Notes: generated by a model from the letters alone, not told the origin. Numbered from the stretch's first letter, positions 44,953 to 54,403 are shown. The stretch is DNA of 64,000 nucleotides from Escherichia coli (GCA_025336725.1 GCA_025336725.1_3647.1), one strand, 5' to 3'. Numbers and translations: made by a program.

Positions 44953-45486
44953 ATGACTTGTGCTAGAAAACCTGATGAACAACGTAACGCTTACGATGAG
45001 TATGTGACACCGGAGTGGTGTGCAGAAGGGCTGTATGACCTTATTCCGTTCCCAGAAGACTGGACATACTTAGAGCCTTGCAGGAATAGCGCTTCAGGTG
45101 TGTTCTACTCCCGTATGCCGTTAGGATCTGCATGGGGAGAAATTCAAGAAGGTGTTGACTATCTGAATACAGAATACAACCATGTTGACTGTATTATCAC
45201 CAACCCGCCGTACAGCCTGGCTCGTGAGTTTGTGGACAAGGCGTTGAAAGATGCCGACGTAGTTATTATGCTTTTGCGTCTTAATTTTCTGGAAAGCAAG
45301 GCCAGATTTGAATGGTGGCTTGATAATGCACCTACCACTGTGATCACAATATCTAAGCGTCCGTCATTCCAATCCAATGGTAGAACGGATGGGCAGGCAT
45401 ATGCATATTTTGTATGGGACAAGAAAAACCGTCTAGACTTGCCGCCATTTATGTGGTTGGCACCACCAGAGGCAGACTTGAAATGA
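44953..45486 (+). CDS. Small phage-type N6-adenine DNA methyltransferase
   Basis: 177 aa with catalytic motif IITNPPYS. Confidence 0.6.
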   Translation: MTCARKPDEQRNAYDEYVTPEWCAEGLYDLIPFPEDWTYLEPCRNSASGVFYSRMPLGSAWGEIQEGVDYLNTEYNHVDCIITNPPYSLAREFVDKALKDADVVIMLLRLNFLESKARFEWWLDNAPTTVITISKRPSFQSNGRTDGQAYAYFVWDKKNRLDLPPFMWLAPPEADLK

Positions 45487-45767
45487 AAATGAGTGCTAAG
45501 GACAAGTTGCACCAGTTAGCGCTAAAACGTCCTGTAACGCTTCCTGACGAGCTTAACTCTATTTATGATGCGATTGTAGGGGAGATACAAAATAAAGCGT
45601 TAGCAGGCTTTCTGGGATGCGGATTTTCGATAAATCTTCCATCGCACCTCTCAGACTACTTCCCACACATCGTTGGGGATTTGAGGGCAGGAGGTCTGCA
45701 GGTGGATGTTGTTGGCATCTCTCCGGAGAAAAATAACACGGTTGCCTACTTGACAGTAACTTGGTAG
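45483..45767 (+). CDS. Hypothetical protein
   Basis: Track ORF 45414..45767 trimmed to ATG overlapping the upstream stop. Confidence 0.3.
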   Translation: MKMSAKDKLHQLALKRPVTLPDELNSIYDAIVGEIQNKALAGFLGCGFSINLPSHLSDYFPHIVGDLRAGGLQVDVVGISPEKNNTVAYLTVTW

Positions 45768-46028
45768 TTGTGTATTGTTGTTATCAACAAGGGGGTCATT
45801 TATGTATGTCATTTTCAATTTACTCAAGACAGGCGAAACACTACACAGAGATTCTGATCACTCAGAAAAAATCTGTAGAAGGTGAGGGAATATCATCATA
45901 AATGCGTCCAGATCGGGTTTTTGATAGGCTTATTGCTATGATCCCTCTTGAGAAGTATACCCTCTGACAGGTCATAGGGATGCTTGGGATTTAATTGATT
46001 ACATAGATTCATTTAAGGAGCCTAGTGT

Positions 46029-46427
46029 ATGAAGATTGAGATCACTAAAGAAGGTAAGAAAGTGTCTGGCGATTATGCAACAGTAATTCGGGATGTAATG
46101 TTTGAAGTAGCCCAGACTGGTACTTCTAAGGTTGGTCAAACGGTAAGTGTGCAAGGTAATATTGCCGCAGGTGAAAAGATAATCATCGTGATCAAAGGAC
46201 AAGACCCTGTGGAAGGAACAGTGGGCCGAGGAGGCTACCTGTGCATTTCTGAAGAACCGCGTATGCTGGTTGCTGATAACTCCACAGGTAAAAAGCGGGT
46301 ATGTAACACGGACGAGGTGATGATTATCTATCCAGTCAACCAAGATGATCCGGCAACATGGATTGTGGGAAATGAAATCTTCTCTTTAGAAGAGTTATCC
46401 TTCCCAGCTCCGCGCTCTGTTCAGTAA
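46029..46427 (+). CDS. Hypothetical protein (MKIEIT-type N-terminus)
   Basis: 132-aa track ORF. Confidence 0.35.
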   Translation: MKIEITKEGKKVSGDYATVIRDVMFEVAQTGTSKVGQTVSVQGNIAAGEKIIIVIKGQDPVEGTVGRGGYLCISEEPRMLVADNSTGKKRVCNTDEVMIIYPVNQDDPATWIVGNEIFSLEELSFPAPRSVQ

Positions 46428-46466
46428 TAATTTATCTTACCAGGGACGGTAGAAGTAGGAGGTAGC

Positions 46467-46700
46467 ATGAAAGTTAAATTTCTTACAGATTTAGGATACC
46501 CTTCCTTGGTTGACTGCATCGGTAAAATTGTGGAAGCAAAACGGCTATCTGCAAACGATAATGTTGTCATGGTTAAGGGAAAAGATTTATTAGCTGCAGG
46601 TGCAGAGTCTGGCAGGATCTCTCCTGACTATACGTATTACCTGTCTTTAAGTAATCTACCAGAACGAGGCGGCAAAGGCCTTGAAGTTGTAGAGGAGTGA
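46467..46700 (+). CDS. Small paralog-family protein (MKVKxLD...DLLAAGA)
   Basis: 77 aa; shares N-terminus and LIAAGA core with 50029 and 50243 ORFs. Confidence 0.4.
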   Translation: MKVKFLTDLGYPSLVDCIGKIVEAKRLSANDNVVMVKGKDLLAAGAESGRISPDYTYYLSLSNLPERGGKGLEVVEE

Positions 46701-47230
46701 CAGGTATGCTTCTGATTAACTGGGAATACCTCTATGGGGACAAAGATCCTGTTGCGTTTGTTGATCGTAGATGGAGATATACTGAAGAACAACTGGCTGC
46801 AAAAAATTTAACTGCAAAACGCAGAAAGATCATCCAGTGCAAGTATAAATACGCACAGTTTGCTGCAAAAGTGTCTCCACAAATCGAGAGCTTTGTGCTT
46901 AAATTGTATGACGAGTACCTCAAATTCAAATTGGATTTTGTACAGGTATACCGTGCACAGATACGGCCAGATACCAGCATTTGTAGATGGAAGGTTGTTT
47001 GTGACGGTAAAGATTTGCCACTCAGCTTGACAATTGAGCAGCGTTGGGGGTATCATGAGTGCGGTCTGTATGAGACTTGGGATGTCATTGTAGATCCTGC
47101 TAAGTACCTGAACACAGAGGAGCTGGAATATATCAATAAGGTTATTCTAGATATGTTTTTCAACTACACTCGTGAAAACTCCGAGAAAGAACGAGATAAT
47201 TTTCTTGACACCATCAGCAACCATCTGTAG
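46697..47230 (+). CDS. Hypothetical protein
   Basis: 177-aa track ORF. Confidence 0.35.
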   Translation: MTGMLLINWEYLYGDKDPVAFVDRRWRYTEEQLAAKNLTAKRRKIIQCKYKYAQFAAKVSPQIESFVLKLYDEYLKFKLDFVQVYRAQIRPDTSICRWKVVCDGKDLPLSLTIEQRWGYHECGLYETWDVIVDPAKYLNTEELEYINKVILDMFFNYTRENSEKERDNFLDTISNHL

Positions 47231-47260
47231 TATATAATTTAACCTACAAAGGGAGAGCTA

Positions 47261-47497
47261 ATGAGTATAAATGTTGTGCTAATAGGTTACCTGGTAATAG
47301 CCGTTATAACAGCGGTATTCTTGACAGGTGTATGCATCGTGTCTAGACGAAGGGTGAAGTTTGATGATTTTATCACCATCATCACTGCTGCACCTTTTTG
47401 GCCTATTGTTATCTTCATCGTAATAATGTGCCTAGTTGATTACTACAAGAATATCCGTAAGGAGAAAAAGGGGAGTAGGGATGGAGACCGCACCTAA
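47261..47497 (+). CDS. Small membrane protein
   Basis: 78 aa with two predicted hydrophobic helices. Confidence 0.35.
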   Translation: MSINVVLIGYLVIAVITAVFLTGVCIVSRRRVKFDDFITIITAAPFWPIVIFIVIMCLVDYYKNIRKEKKGSRDGDRT

Positions 47498-47698
47498 AAC
47501 TGTTTATACTGTTCTTAAAGAGATTGCGTTCTACGCAGATCTTAGCCAGGCACCTTTATGGGAAAAGAGCATGTATTTAAAGTGGTGCGTTAATTTAGGG
47601 AGACCTTCCAGTGTTTCAAGACATGTTTATTGAGATGCTATCTGGGGTATTGTTACTGGTAGCCATCTTAGGTGGTGCAGTTCTGATGTATAAATATC

Positions 47699-47902
47699 TT
47701 GAAAAAGGAGACAGCAATGGCAAAAAATAAATCTTTAGAGCAGGCTGAAAACCTTCTCCACGAGCTGGTAAAGGAGTGGAAAGTTGAATACTCAGATTTT
47801 AATGCAAGAGAAGGTGAGGATTATTGGCCTACGGAGCGCTCAGAGGGGGAGTGGTATCAAGATTTTATAGAATGGTTATATCAGACGTGCGATGAGGGGT
47901 GA
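47699..47902 (+). CDS. Hypothetical acidic protein
   Basis: Track ORF; probable start MAKNKSLEQ near 47717 after AAAGGAGA. Confidence 0.3.
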   Translation: MKKETAMAKNKSLEQAENLLHELVKEWKVEYSDFNAREGEDYWPTERSEGEWYQDFIEWLYQTCDEG

Positions 47903-48309
47903 CGATGTTTGTTAAATATGTAAAAACGTGCCTCAACAGTCTTGGTAGAGAGCATTGGTACACACTGCTTGAAAAAGGAGAAATTTTAACAAAATCTGGA
48001 AAGATAACTTTGATACCTTTGGACGATAAAGATCCGTCACTACTTGTCATAGATGATTACGTTACAGGTGTGTCGTACGAGGTATCTGTAGAGAGGTTAA
48101 TACGCAGATCTGGAGGTCCTTATGACCGAAGAGAGTATGTTTTCGATTCCGTTACAGAGAAGGAAGATCCGTCCCTAATGTTTAGGATGGTGATCAGGGA
48201 TATGAAATCATCTATAAATAGGATCGTAAAGGACATTAGAAGGCCTTTTAGGGTAAAAGTTAAGAAGTTTTTGATTCTAAAAAGATCAACATACTCGCCG
48301 TTGTGCTAG
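47899..48309 (+). CDS. Hypothetical protein
   Basis: 136-aa track ORF. Confidence 0.3.
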   Translation: MTMFVKYVKTCLNSLGREHWYTLLEKGEILTKSGKITLIPLDDKDPSLLVIDDYVTGVSYEVSVERLIRRSGGPYDRREYVFDSVTEKEDPSLMFRMVIRDMKSSINRIVKDIRRPFRVKVKKFLILKRSTYSPLC

Positions 48310-48342
48310 GCGTAATTCAACTTCTGTTAATTTTGCACTATT

Positions 48343-48372
48343 TTGAACTGTTGTTTAAGTAATGTGTATTAT
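48343..48372 (+). promoter_or_regulatory. Sigma70-type promoter followed by a palindrome
   Basis: TTGAAC - 18 nt - TATTAT, then ATGGCACA-aagga-TGTGCCAT. Confidence 0.45.
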
Positions 48373-48422
48373 GGCACAAAGGATGTGCCATAATTAAATA
48401 AACTAAGAAAGAGGTAGAGAGA

Positions 48423-48770
48423 ATGTCAAAGATTAAATCGATATTAATGTGGGTGGCTGTTGTAGCTTTTGTAGGATACTGGACTTGGGAAACTGAATTA
48501 AAAGATATTGGGTATACCAGCCTTGAGAGCAAGGCGTGCATTGGCATAACCGATGCATTCAGGCAGAATGCTATGGATCACGAATGTGTCGATGCAGATA
48601 TAGATGAGAAACTGTCTAAGGACAAAGATTTTTACCATGGTCATGCCTTGCTTGATAGTGGTGACACTGTAGAATTCTGGTCGTGGTTCCGTGAAGATGG
48701 GACAATAAAGACAGCAGTAAAGATTTCCAACAAAGAGTTGATGCTGTTGCAGCAGAAGGAGGTGCAATGA
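48423..48770 (+). CDS. Secreted or membrane-anchored protein
   Basis: 115 aa, N-terminal hydrophobic segment ILMWVAVVAFVGYWTW. Confidence 0.35.
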   Translation: MSKIKSILMWVAVVAFVGYWTWETELKDIGYTSLESKACIGITDAFRQNAMDHECVDADIDEKLSKDKDFYHGHALLDSGDTVEFWSWFREDGTIKTAVKISNKELMLLQQKEVQ

Positions 48771-49054
48771 TCTGGATATCCTACGCTGATGGCACCATGC
48801 TGTATACTGCAGGTACTAGATATGAAGTTAAGGAGGACGATAAAAAATTTATCGTAAAAACATTTGACAAGGACGACAACCTTTTGCTAGAATTGACTTA
48901 CAAGGTTGGGGAGGTATCTAGCATCCAATTGGATTGCGGTCATAAAGATAACCCGCTCAAGAAACCTGGGGTAGGTAAATCTTCAGAAGAACGCCTGTCT
49001 CGTATTGCAGAAAGCGTTTCTGCACAAAAATCTAAGAAGGGGACTAGAAAATGA
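48767..49054 (+). CDS. Hypothetical protein
   Basis: 95-aa track ORF. Confidence 0.3.
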   Translation: MIWISYADGTMLYTAGTRYEVKEDDKKFIVKTFDKDDNLLLELTYKVGEVSSIQLDCGHKDNPLKKPGVGKSSEERLSRIAESVSAQKSKKGTRK

Positions 49055-49245
49055 AAAACTTACGTTTTAACACTTATTACTACAACACCTTGAATGATTT
49101 GTATTATATTGTTCGAAGTAAAAGTCCTGAAACAGTCCTATTCTGCCGCGAACCTTTCAAAGGGGAGGAAGTAGAGTCTGAGATGAATGTTAGCCATATT
49201 ACCTCTTTGTTGCTCTCAGGCGCAATGGAAGAAGCAATATTCTAA
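49051..49245 (+). CDS. Hypothetical protein
   Basis: 64-aa track ORF. Confidence 0.3.
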   Translation: MKNLRFNTYYYNTLNDLYYIVRSKSPETVLFCREPFKGEEVESEMNVSHITSLLLSGAMEEAIF

Positions 49246-49263
49246 ACCAGGCGGGAGGGTTTT

Positions 49264-49461
49264 ATGAAGCACTATTGCCTGTTTGGTAGGATGGGTGTAG
49301 ACTGTGATTGGGTTTTCTTAAAACTTGTCAGCATCCGAGAGTCAATCCCAGAAGAAGAGCAAGAAAGTGAGCTGATGGCATGGATCAACTATTACGGAAA
49401 CACTTTCAGGTATGTCAAAATGGAAGGGCTGCCAAGCGAGGCTGAAGATGAAACTGTTTGA
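49264..49461 (+). CDS. Hypothetical protein
   Basis: 65-aa track ORF. Confidence 0.3.
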   Translation: MKHYCLFGRMGVDCDWVFLKLVSIRESIPEEEQESELMAWINYYGNTFRYVKMEGLPSEAEDETV

Positions 49462-49732
49462 GTGGTTTAAAAAGTTTAAATACCGAGCCGTTGCTGTATC
49501 GAAATGGACCGTCCGCTGGGTGGACGATGATGGAACACAAATTCCAGGTGATCAGGATACCGGATACTGGGTTATGATGGAGAACGGATTTGGGAAAAGG
49601 AAGTTTAAATGTGTTGGTGCTCCTACTCTTTTAAATGTTAGAAGTGTGCCAGGGTACAGCACTATGGTTGTTTGGGAGCTATCCGGTGTTCCTCCTGCCA
49701 ATGTGCAATATCTGCCAAACCCAGAAAAATAA
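49412..49732 (+). CDS. Hypothetical protein
   Basis: 106-aa track ORF. Confidence 0.3.
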   Translation: MSKWKGCQARLKMKLFEWFKKFKYRAVAVSKWTVRWVDDDGTQIPGDQDTGYWVMMENGFGKRKFKCVGAPTLLNVRSVPGYSTMVVWELSGVPPANVQYLPNPEK

Positions 49733-49744
49733 AAGGAGAAGATA

Positions 49745-50029
49745 ATGAGCAAGGGTGTCAGTAACAGTGCTGCAGAGTTTAAAGTGATCTGTAAAGGAAC
49801 TTATTGGATAGTGAAACAGAAGGTGTACCTATTCGGTTTCATACCGTTTTGGCAGAGATTTTGCTGGGGAGCTAACGAGCTTAAGAGATACGCCACCAAG
49901 GCTATGGCACTTATTGGTATAGCTGAATACATTGCTGCCAGGGACAGAGAGGGGAAAACTTGTTACTACACTGCTGACGAGATTCGCAACAGTGTTTACG
50001 TTCCACAACCGCCCGATGGAGACCGCTGA
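49745..50029 (+). CDS. Hypothetical protein
   Basis: 94-aa track ORF. Confidence 0.3.
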   Translation: MSKGVSNSAAEFKVICKGTYWIVKQKVYLFGFIPFWQRFCWGANELKRYATKAMALIGIAEYIAARDREGKTCYYTADEIRNSVYVPQPPDGDR

Positions 50030-50253
50030 TGAAAGTGAAAGTTTTAGATTCAAACTTCTATATTGGTCAAGAGCCTTTAGTTGGAAAAGTATTTACCGCT
50101 ATCCCTAACGAAGATTATCCTGACCTTTTAAAAATAAAAGGATCAGATCTTATTGCCGCTGGCGCGTCTCAGGAGTACTTTGACAGTCAGTGGGCCTACA
50201 ACTTTGCCCTAGGGGAGGATGTGGAGGTAGTGGAGGACGATTATGAAGGTTAA
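50029..50253 (+). CDS. Small paralog-family protein (MKVKVLD...KGSDLIAAGA)
   Basis: 74 aa, paralog of 46467 and 50243 ORFs. Confidence 0.4.
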   Translation: MKVKVLDSNFYIGQEPLVGKVFTAIPNEDYPDLLKIKGSDLIAAGASQEYFDSQWAYNFALGEDVEVVEDDYEG

Positions 50254-50497
50254 AATTCTTGACTCTAACGTCTACTTGGGACAATCATTCCTGAAGGGAA
50301 AGGTAGTACCTGCTGTATACTTCGAAGGGTTGCCGTGGGATGATCCTGTGCGGCAAAATCACAGCTATGTAGGCCACAATGTGGTGTTCATTTTGGGATC
50401 AGACCTGATCGCGGCTGGTGCTCCGGAATATTATTTCGGAGAGGACTCGTATTATGCCTTTGGGTTAGGGTCAGATGCAGATATTTTAGAGCCGTGA
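50243..50497 (+). CDS. Small paralog-family protein (MKVKILD...GSDLIAAGA)
   Basis: 84 aa, paralog of 46467 and 50029 ORFs. Confidence 0.4.
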   Translation: MKVKILDSNVYLGQSFLKGKVVPAVYFEGLPWDDPVRQNHSYVGHNVVFILGSDLIAAGAPEYYFGEDSYYAFGLGSDADILEP

Positions 50498-50900
50498 TTG
50501 GGGACTGTTGTGAAAAATAAACTGTTCAAAGTTACAATGAAAATTCGCGGAGCTTGGAGCGTAAAGCAAGGGCGTATCCCGGAATTTGAAAAAGACTTCT
50601 ACGTAGTCTCCACCTCGGAGGCTGCATGCTGTGAGCTGGCTGTACTATGCAAGAACTGTCGAAGGATACCAGACTGGTGGCTATGACGGAGAAATTATAA
50701 GCAAGGGTGTAGAAGAAATTAATGTGTTGACAAGTGAAAAAGTTTTTGTTATAGTGCATCCAGATTCCAGAGTGAAGCATTACTGGAATGCCAGAACAAA
50801 AACTTGGACACCGTTTGCAGATTCTGCTACGCCACTTTTAAACCAGAAAGCTCTTGACTCTGCCCCAAGTTATGGGGTTGTTGAAGAAAAGCTAGACTGA
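50498..50900 (+). CDS. Hypothetical protein, apparently frameshifted; paralog of 52705..53100
   Basis: Two overlapping track ORFs; C-part VIVHPDSRVKHYWNARTKTWTP matches VMRHPHSNIAYYWDVLNNEWTP of the 52705 ORF. Confidence 0.35.
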
Positions 50901-51213
50901 AACAGTGAGGTACTAACATGATGGATTTAGTTCTGGACACTGATAACACCGGAGAGTTTAAAAAGGATGGTGTAACAAGCGTTGACCAATCCTTCTCTGC
51001 CAAGATTGACTCAAAATGGACCTACAAGTTTGATGGAGATCTCCGCAAATGACTAAGGAAGGTTGTAGATGCTGCAGCCATTTTGAACGCTCTGGATACG
51101 ACCCTGTGAATCCTTTGATCAAGGATCCTGTTGAGTTTGCAGAGTATGTTCGAAAAATGGCAGATCTTGCTGTAGATATTTTAGACACTATCGACAACAA
51201 GCTATAAAAACTG

Positions 51214-51242
51214 TTGACACAACGCTTCAGATTTAGTATCAT
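51214..51242 (+). promoter_or_regulatory. Sigma70-type promoter upstream of hpf-like gene
   Basis: TTGACA - 17 nt - TATCAT, then hairpin AGAGGG-tttggtt-CCCTCT. Confidence 0.45.
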
Positions 51243-51289
51243 TGTTTTCAAAGAGGGTTTGGTTCCCTCTTCTTTAAAAGGAACACGTT

Positions 51290-51607
51290 ATGCAAATTGA
51301 AATCACTGGCAACGTAGAAATCACTGAAGGTATGGTGTCTTTCATTTCCCACAAAATGTCTAAGCTGGAGCGTTTGCACCCCTCTGCCAACTATGCACGT
51401 GTGAGTGTAAAAGTTGAAAATGATCACCAGGAAGTTATGGCGTTCATTTTTGACACTTTCGGAAAAGAAGTTATTGCCAAAGCTAAAGGCAGTGATGCTT
51501 ACGAGGCAACTGACCGTATGGTAGATGTTGCAGCACGTCAGCTGGCTAAATGTGGTGGAAAGAAAGGTAAGGGGAAAGGCAAAGTAAAGATTGACTTTGG
51601 AGAATGA
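51290..51607 (+). CDS. hpf: Ribosome hibernation promoting factor-like protein (HPF/RaiA family)
   Basis: MQIEITGNVEITEGM...KLERL...VKVEN...AKGSDAYEATDRMVDVAARQLAK parallels E. coli HPF as I recall it. Confidence 0.65.
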   Translation: MQIEITGNVEITEGMVSFISHKMSKLERLHPSANYARVSVKVENDHQEVMAFIFDTFGKEVIAKAKGSDAYEATDRMVDVAARQLAKCGGKKGKGKGKVKIDFGE

Positions 51608-51743
51608 GGTGCTACAATGGATGTGATTAAGAAATTAGTCCCAAGTGTAGAGATTGCATGCTTTGAAATTATGTTTGCAATCGCAGTTGTAGTTAATGTG
51701 TTAGGTTACGGCTATTAATATCAAATATTGAGGAGACCTCTAA

Positions 51744-51974
51744 ATGAAAATTAAATTATTCAAAACTGAGCTGGCAGACAAAAACTGTGGACTGGTCGAA
51801 GGCATGATCGTTGAAGCACAACCAGTTGACTACATGAAGGTGGTTCGTGATGCCCTGGGTGAAGGTTTTGATCTGATGGAGCCAGCTCTGCGAGAAGATG
51901 TTATCGAGATGGCTAAAAAGCACACACCGGAAGGTTTGGTAGTGTTTGTTGCTCCGGTAATGGAGAGGAGTTGA
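51744..51974 (+). CDS. Small hypothetical protein (MKIKLF-type)
   Basis: 76-aa track ORF. Confidence 0.35.
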   Translation: MKIKLFKTELADKNCGLVEGMIVEAQPVDYMKVVRDALGEGFDLMEPALREDVIEMAKKHTPEGLVVFVAPVMERS

Positions 51975-52104
51975 TTGTAACTCCGGATGTGTATGAGGTT
52001 GTAGAAGAGTAATCCTGCTTGGGTTGGAATACTTTCCTCGACAAGAAAGGTTTATAATTATTTGTGGGAAAGGAATCCCCATCTCTTACCAGAGGTGATA
52101 CCAT

Positions 52105-52368
52105 ATGATTGTTTATTTTAAAACTTCAGGTGGATACCCTGATTCTCAAAGCTTGATTGGAAAAACGTGCACAGCATACTCGCCTCTTGATGAGGAGGTA
52201 AGCGGTATCCTACAAGATATGTATCGGATTGATCCCCAAGAAGCTTTTGATCAAAACCTTGTATTTGTCAAAGGCTCAGACATGAAGTCTTTGGGGGCAT
52301 TCCCTGAAGCAGATGATGATGCTGTTTATTCGTTTATGACACCTTTTGAAGCTATGATTGTGGGGTGA
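52105..52368 (+). CDS. Small hypothetical protein (distant member of the LIAAGA family)
   Basis: 87 aa; VFVKGSDMKSLGAF resembles the family core. Confidence 0.35.
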   Translation: MIVYFKTSGGYPDSQSLIGKTCTAYSPLDEEVSGILQDMYRIDPQEAFDQNLVFVKGSDMKSLGAFPEADDDAVYSFMTPFEAMIVG

Positions 52369-52705
52369 GAATATGAAAGTACGCTTTATTGGTGAAACAA
52401 TTCCTGTGCATCTCCGGTCTCCTGAAGACTCTGCAGATCTTGCATCTCAAAAGGCGAGAGGGTATGATAAGAAAGTGATCTCAAGCAATGTAGAGCTTGA
52501 GGCCACCAGTCTACCTGACCCGGCTGCATTCTTCAATCATTATGGCTACTATTTTAGCAATCTGATGAATATTGGTGAGCTTGTGTTTATTAGTGGTGGA
52601 GAGATAGTTAGCAAGCTTGGTGGAGATCCGGATATCTTTCATGAAACCTGCCCTTTTGCATTTGTGGTGGGTTCAGATGTGGAAGTTATTGAGGAGGTTC
52701 GGTAA
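52358..52705 (+). CDS. Small hypothetical protein
   Basis: 115-aa track ORF. Confidence 0.3.
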   Translation: MWGENMKVRFIGETIPVHLRSPEDSADLASQKARGYDKKVISSNVELEATSLPDPAAFFNHYGYYFSNLMNIGELVFISGGEIVSKLGGDPDIFHETCPFAFVVGSDVEVIEEVR

Positions 52706-53100
52706 TGGTAAGTCTATACCGTGTTGAGTATAGCTCGGATACTGTATACAACGTAAGAAGCAAAGATCGCAGTGATAGAGTGCAAGAAATGTATGTTCTT
52801 GCAGATAGTCCGTTATCTGCAGCGTTCAAGGCAGGAGCTCTTGCATCTCGTTGGAAATTTGAGGGTGGATCTTTCTATGAAGAAACCCTTGAAGATTCTG
52901 TTGTTATTTCTTCTGTAGAGGTTTCAACCGACTACGAAGGGAAAAAGTTCGTAATGCGGCACCCACACAGCAATATTGCGTACTACTGGGATGTTCTGAA
53001 CAATGAGTGGACCCCTGATCTTCAGAAGGCCACTGTTCTAACCCCATTCCTGGCAGATAAGTTCCCACCAGAAGGTAATTTATCTGCACTGTTTCAGTAA
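52705..53100 (+). CDS. Hypothetical protein, paralog of 50498..50900
   Basis: 131-aa track ORF. Confidence 0.35.
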   Translation: MVSLYRVEYSSDTVYNVRSKDRSDRVQEMYVLADSPLSAAFKAGALASRWKFEGGSFYEETLEDSVVISSVEVSTDYEGKKFVMRHPHSNIAYYWDVLNNEWTPDLQKATVLTPFLADKFPPEGNLSALFQ

Positions 53101-53118
53101 TTTTATGCCACACAGGTG

Positions 53119-53147
53119 TTGACAACACCAACCCTGTGTGCAATAAT
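53119..53147 (+). promoter_or_regulatory. Sigma70-type promoter embedded in an inverted repeat
   Basis: TTGACA - 17 nt - AATAAT; CACACAGG (53109-53116) and CCTGTGTG (53133-53140) flank the -35. Confidence 0.4.
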
Positions 53148-53176
53148 ACCTTCATCTTAACAAGATAGGAGACCGA

Positions 53177-53437
53177 TTGATGAAGATTAAATTGAAAAAC
53201 CTTGAAACGGCAGAGATTCAGGAAGGTGTTGATTTCCGTTCTAAAGATGGAGACATCCTAGAGGCGAATGTCCCGACATATAAGTTGATTAAAGGTTTTG
53301 GCAACGTTCCGGAGGAGGATATTACAGACATTCTTATGATGTTGATCCTTGACGGGACTGTGTTTGTAGGTGAAGGTGAGAACGCTATTGCAATCCCGAG
53401 ACATTTTTATGAAGTAGTTGACGAAGAGGTGCTGTAA
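53177..53437 (+). CDS. Small acidic hypothetical protein
   Basis: 86-aa track ORF. Confidence 0.35.
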   Translation: MMKIKLKNLETAEIQEGVDFRSKDGDILEANVPTYKLIKGFGNVPEEDITDILMMLILDGTVFVGEGENAIAIPRHFYEVVDEEVL

Positions 53438-53788
53438 ATGAAAGTAGAGATCACAGGTTTTGATATGAATGCGGTTCCGGAAGATATTTTAGCTAAACTC
53501 CCGGAAGGTTTTGGTAACGGTGTTGTGGTTGATGCTGTTCCTCCTACCAAAGACATTCTGCTGCAGTATGGTGTGGCAGAGGAAGATGTCGATAAAGTTC
53601 TTACAATGATGGCAATCGACCGTGTTGTCGTTGTTAAAGGTCTTGAAGGTTTTGATGACGATCCTCTGATTATTCGTGGTGATGACTATAGCATCATCGA
53701 CAACGAAGGCCAAGAGTTCTACGAACCTTCTGCTGAAGATGTTCTTAACTTACTACTGGAAGCAGGCACCGAAGAGGAGGAAGAATAA
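53438..53788 (+). CDS. Small acidic hypothetical protein
   Basis: 116-aa track ORF. Confidence 0.35.
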   Translation: MKVEITGFDMNAVPEDILAKLPEGFGNGVVVDAVPPTKDILLQYGVAEEDVDKVLTMMAIDRVVVVKGLEGFDDDPLIIRGDDYSIIDNEGQEFYEPSAEDVLNLLLEAGTEEEEE

Positions 53789-54138
53789 TGAAAATTGATC
53801 CGTTACTGAAGGCTCGTGCAGAAAAAGTATACACTGTCAAGCTGACCTCTCTGGTCCCTACTTGTCATCCGGATGTAGGTTGGCCTGAAGGCCTGGTAGA
53901 GGGGACTGTAACAGCTGCATACCTTCCTAACATCAAATACCTCATGGAGATCTTGGAGATGGATGAGGAAACGGCAGAACAGTTCCAGTTAGACATGAAG
54001 CAAAGTGGGACTCTGGTTATTCACGGGTGGTATAATACTAAAGATGCAGAAGACCCTCTGGTGACTTCTAATCTGGCATATGAAATCTTAGGGCCTTTGA
54101 ACCTGGGGAAGACTAATGAAAGATCTGGTTTAGATTAA
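53788..54138 (+). CDS. Hypothetical protein
   Basis: 116-aa track ORF. Confidence 0.3.
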   Translation: MKIDPLLKARAEKVYTVKLTSLVPTCHPDVGWPEGLVEGTVTAAYLPNIKYLMEILEMDEETAEQFQLDMKQSGTLVIHGWYNTKDAEDPLVTSNLAYEILGPLNLGKTNERSGLD

Positions 54139-54205
54139 GATTAAAGATACCAATGGAGAACTCAGCCATTTTGGAATTAATGATGGTGACGAGCTGATCG
54201 CACAC

Positions 54206-54403
54206 TTGCCTACCAAGGAAGTTGTAAGCAAAGCGGTTGCCGGAGAAGAAGCTGCAATGCAGGCTGCAGGTGTGGATGAAAACTATGTAGCTATGTGCAT
54301 GTGCCGAGATCAGGTTGTTCTGTATAAAGCGTATCGACCAAACGGAGCCACGGAGTGGCTTGTATTCCGACCAGATGGGTATGAAATCTTAGAGGCACTA
54401 TGA
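54206..54403 (+). CDS. Hypothetical protein
   Basis: 65-aa track ORF. Confidence 0.3.
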   Translation: MPTKEVVSKAVAGEEAAMQAAGVDENYVAMCMCRDQVVLYKAYRPNGATEWLVFRPDGYEILEAL

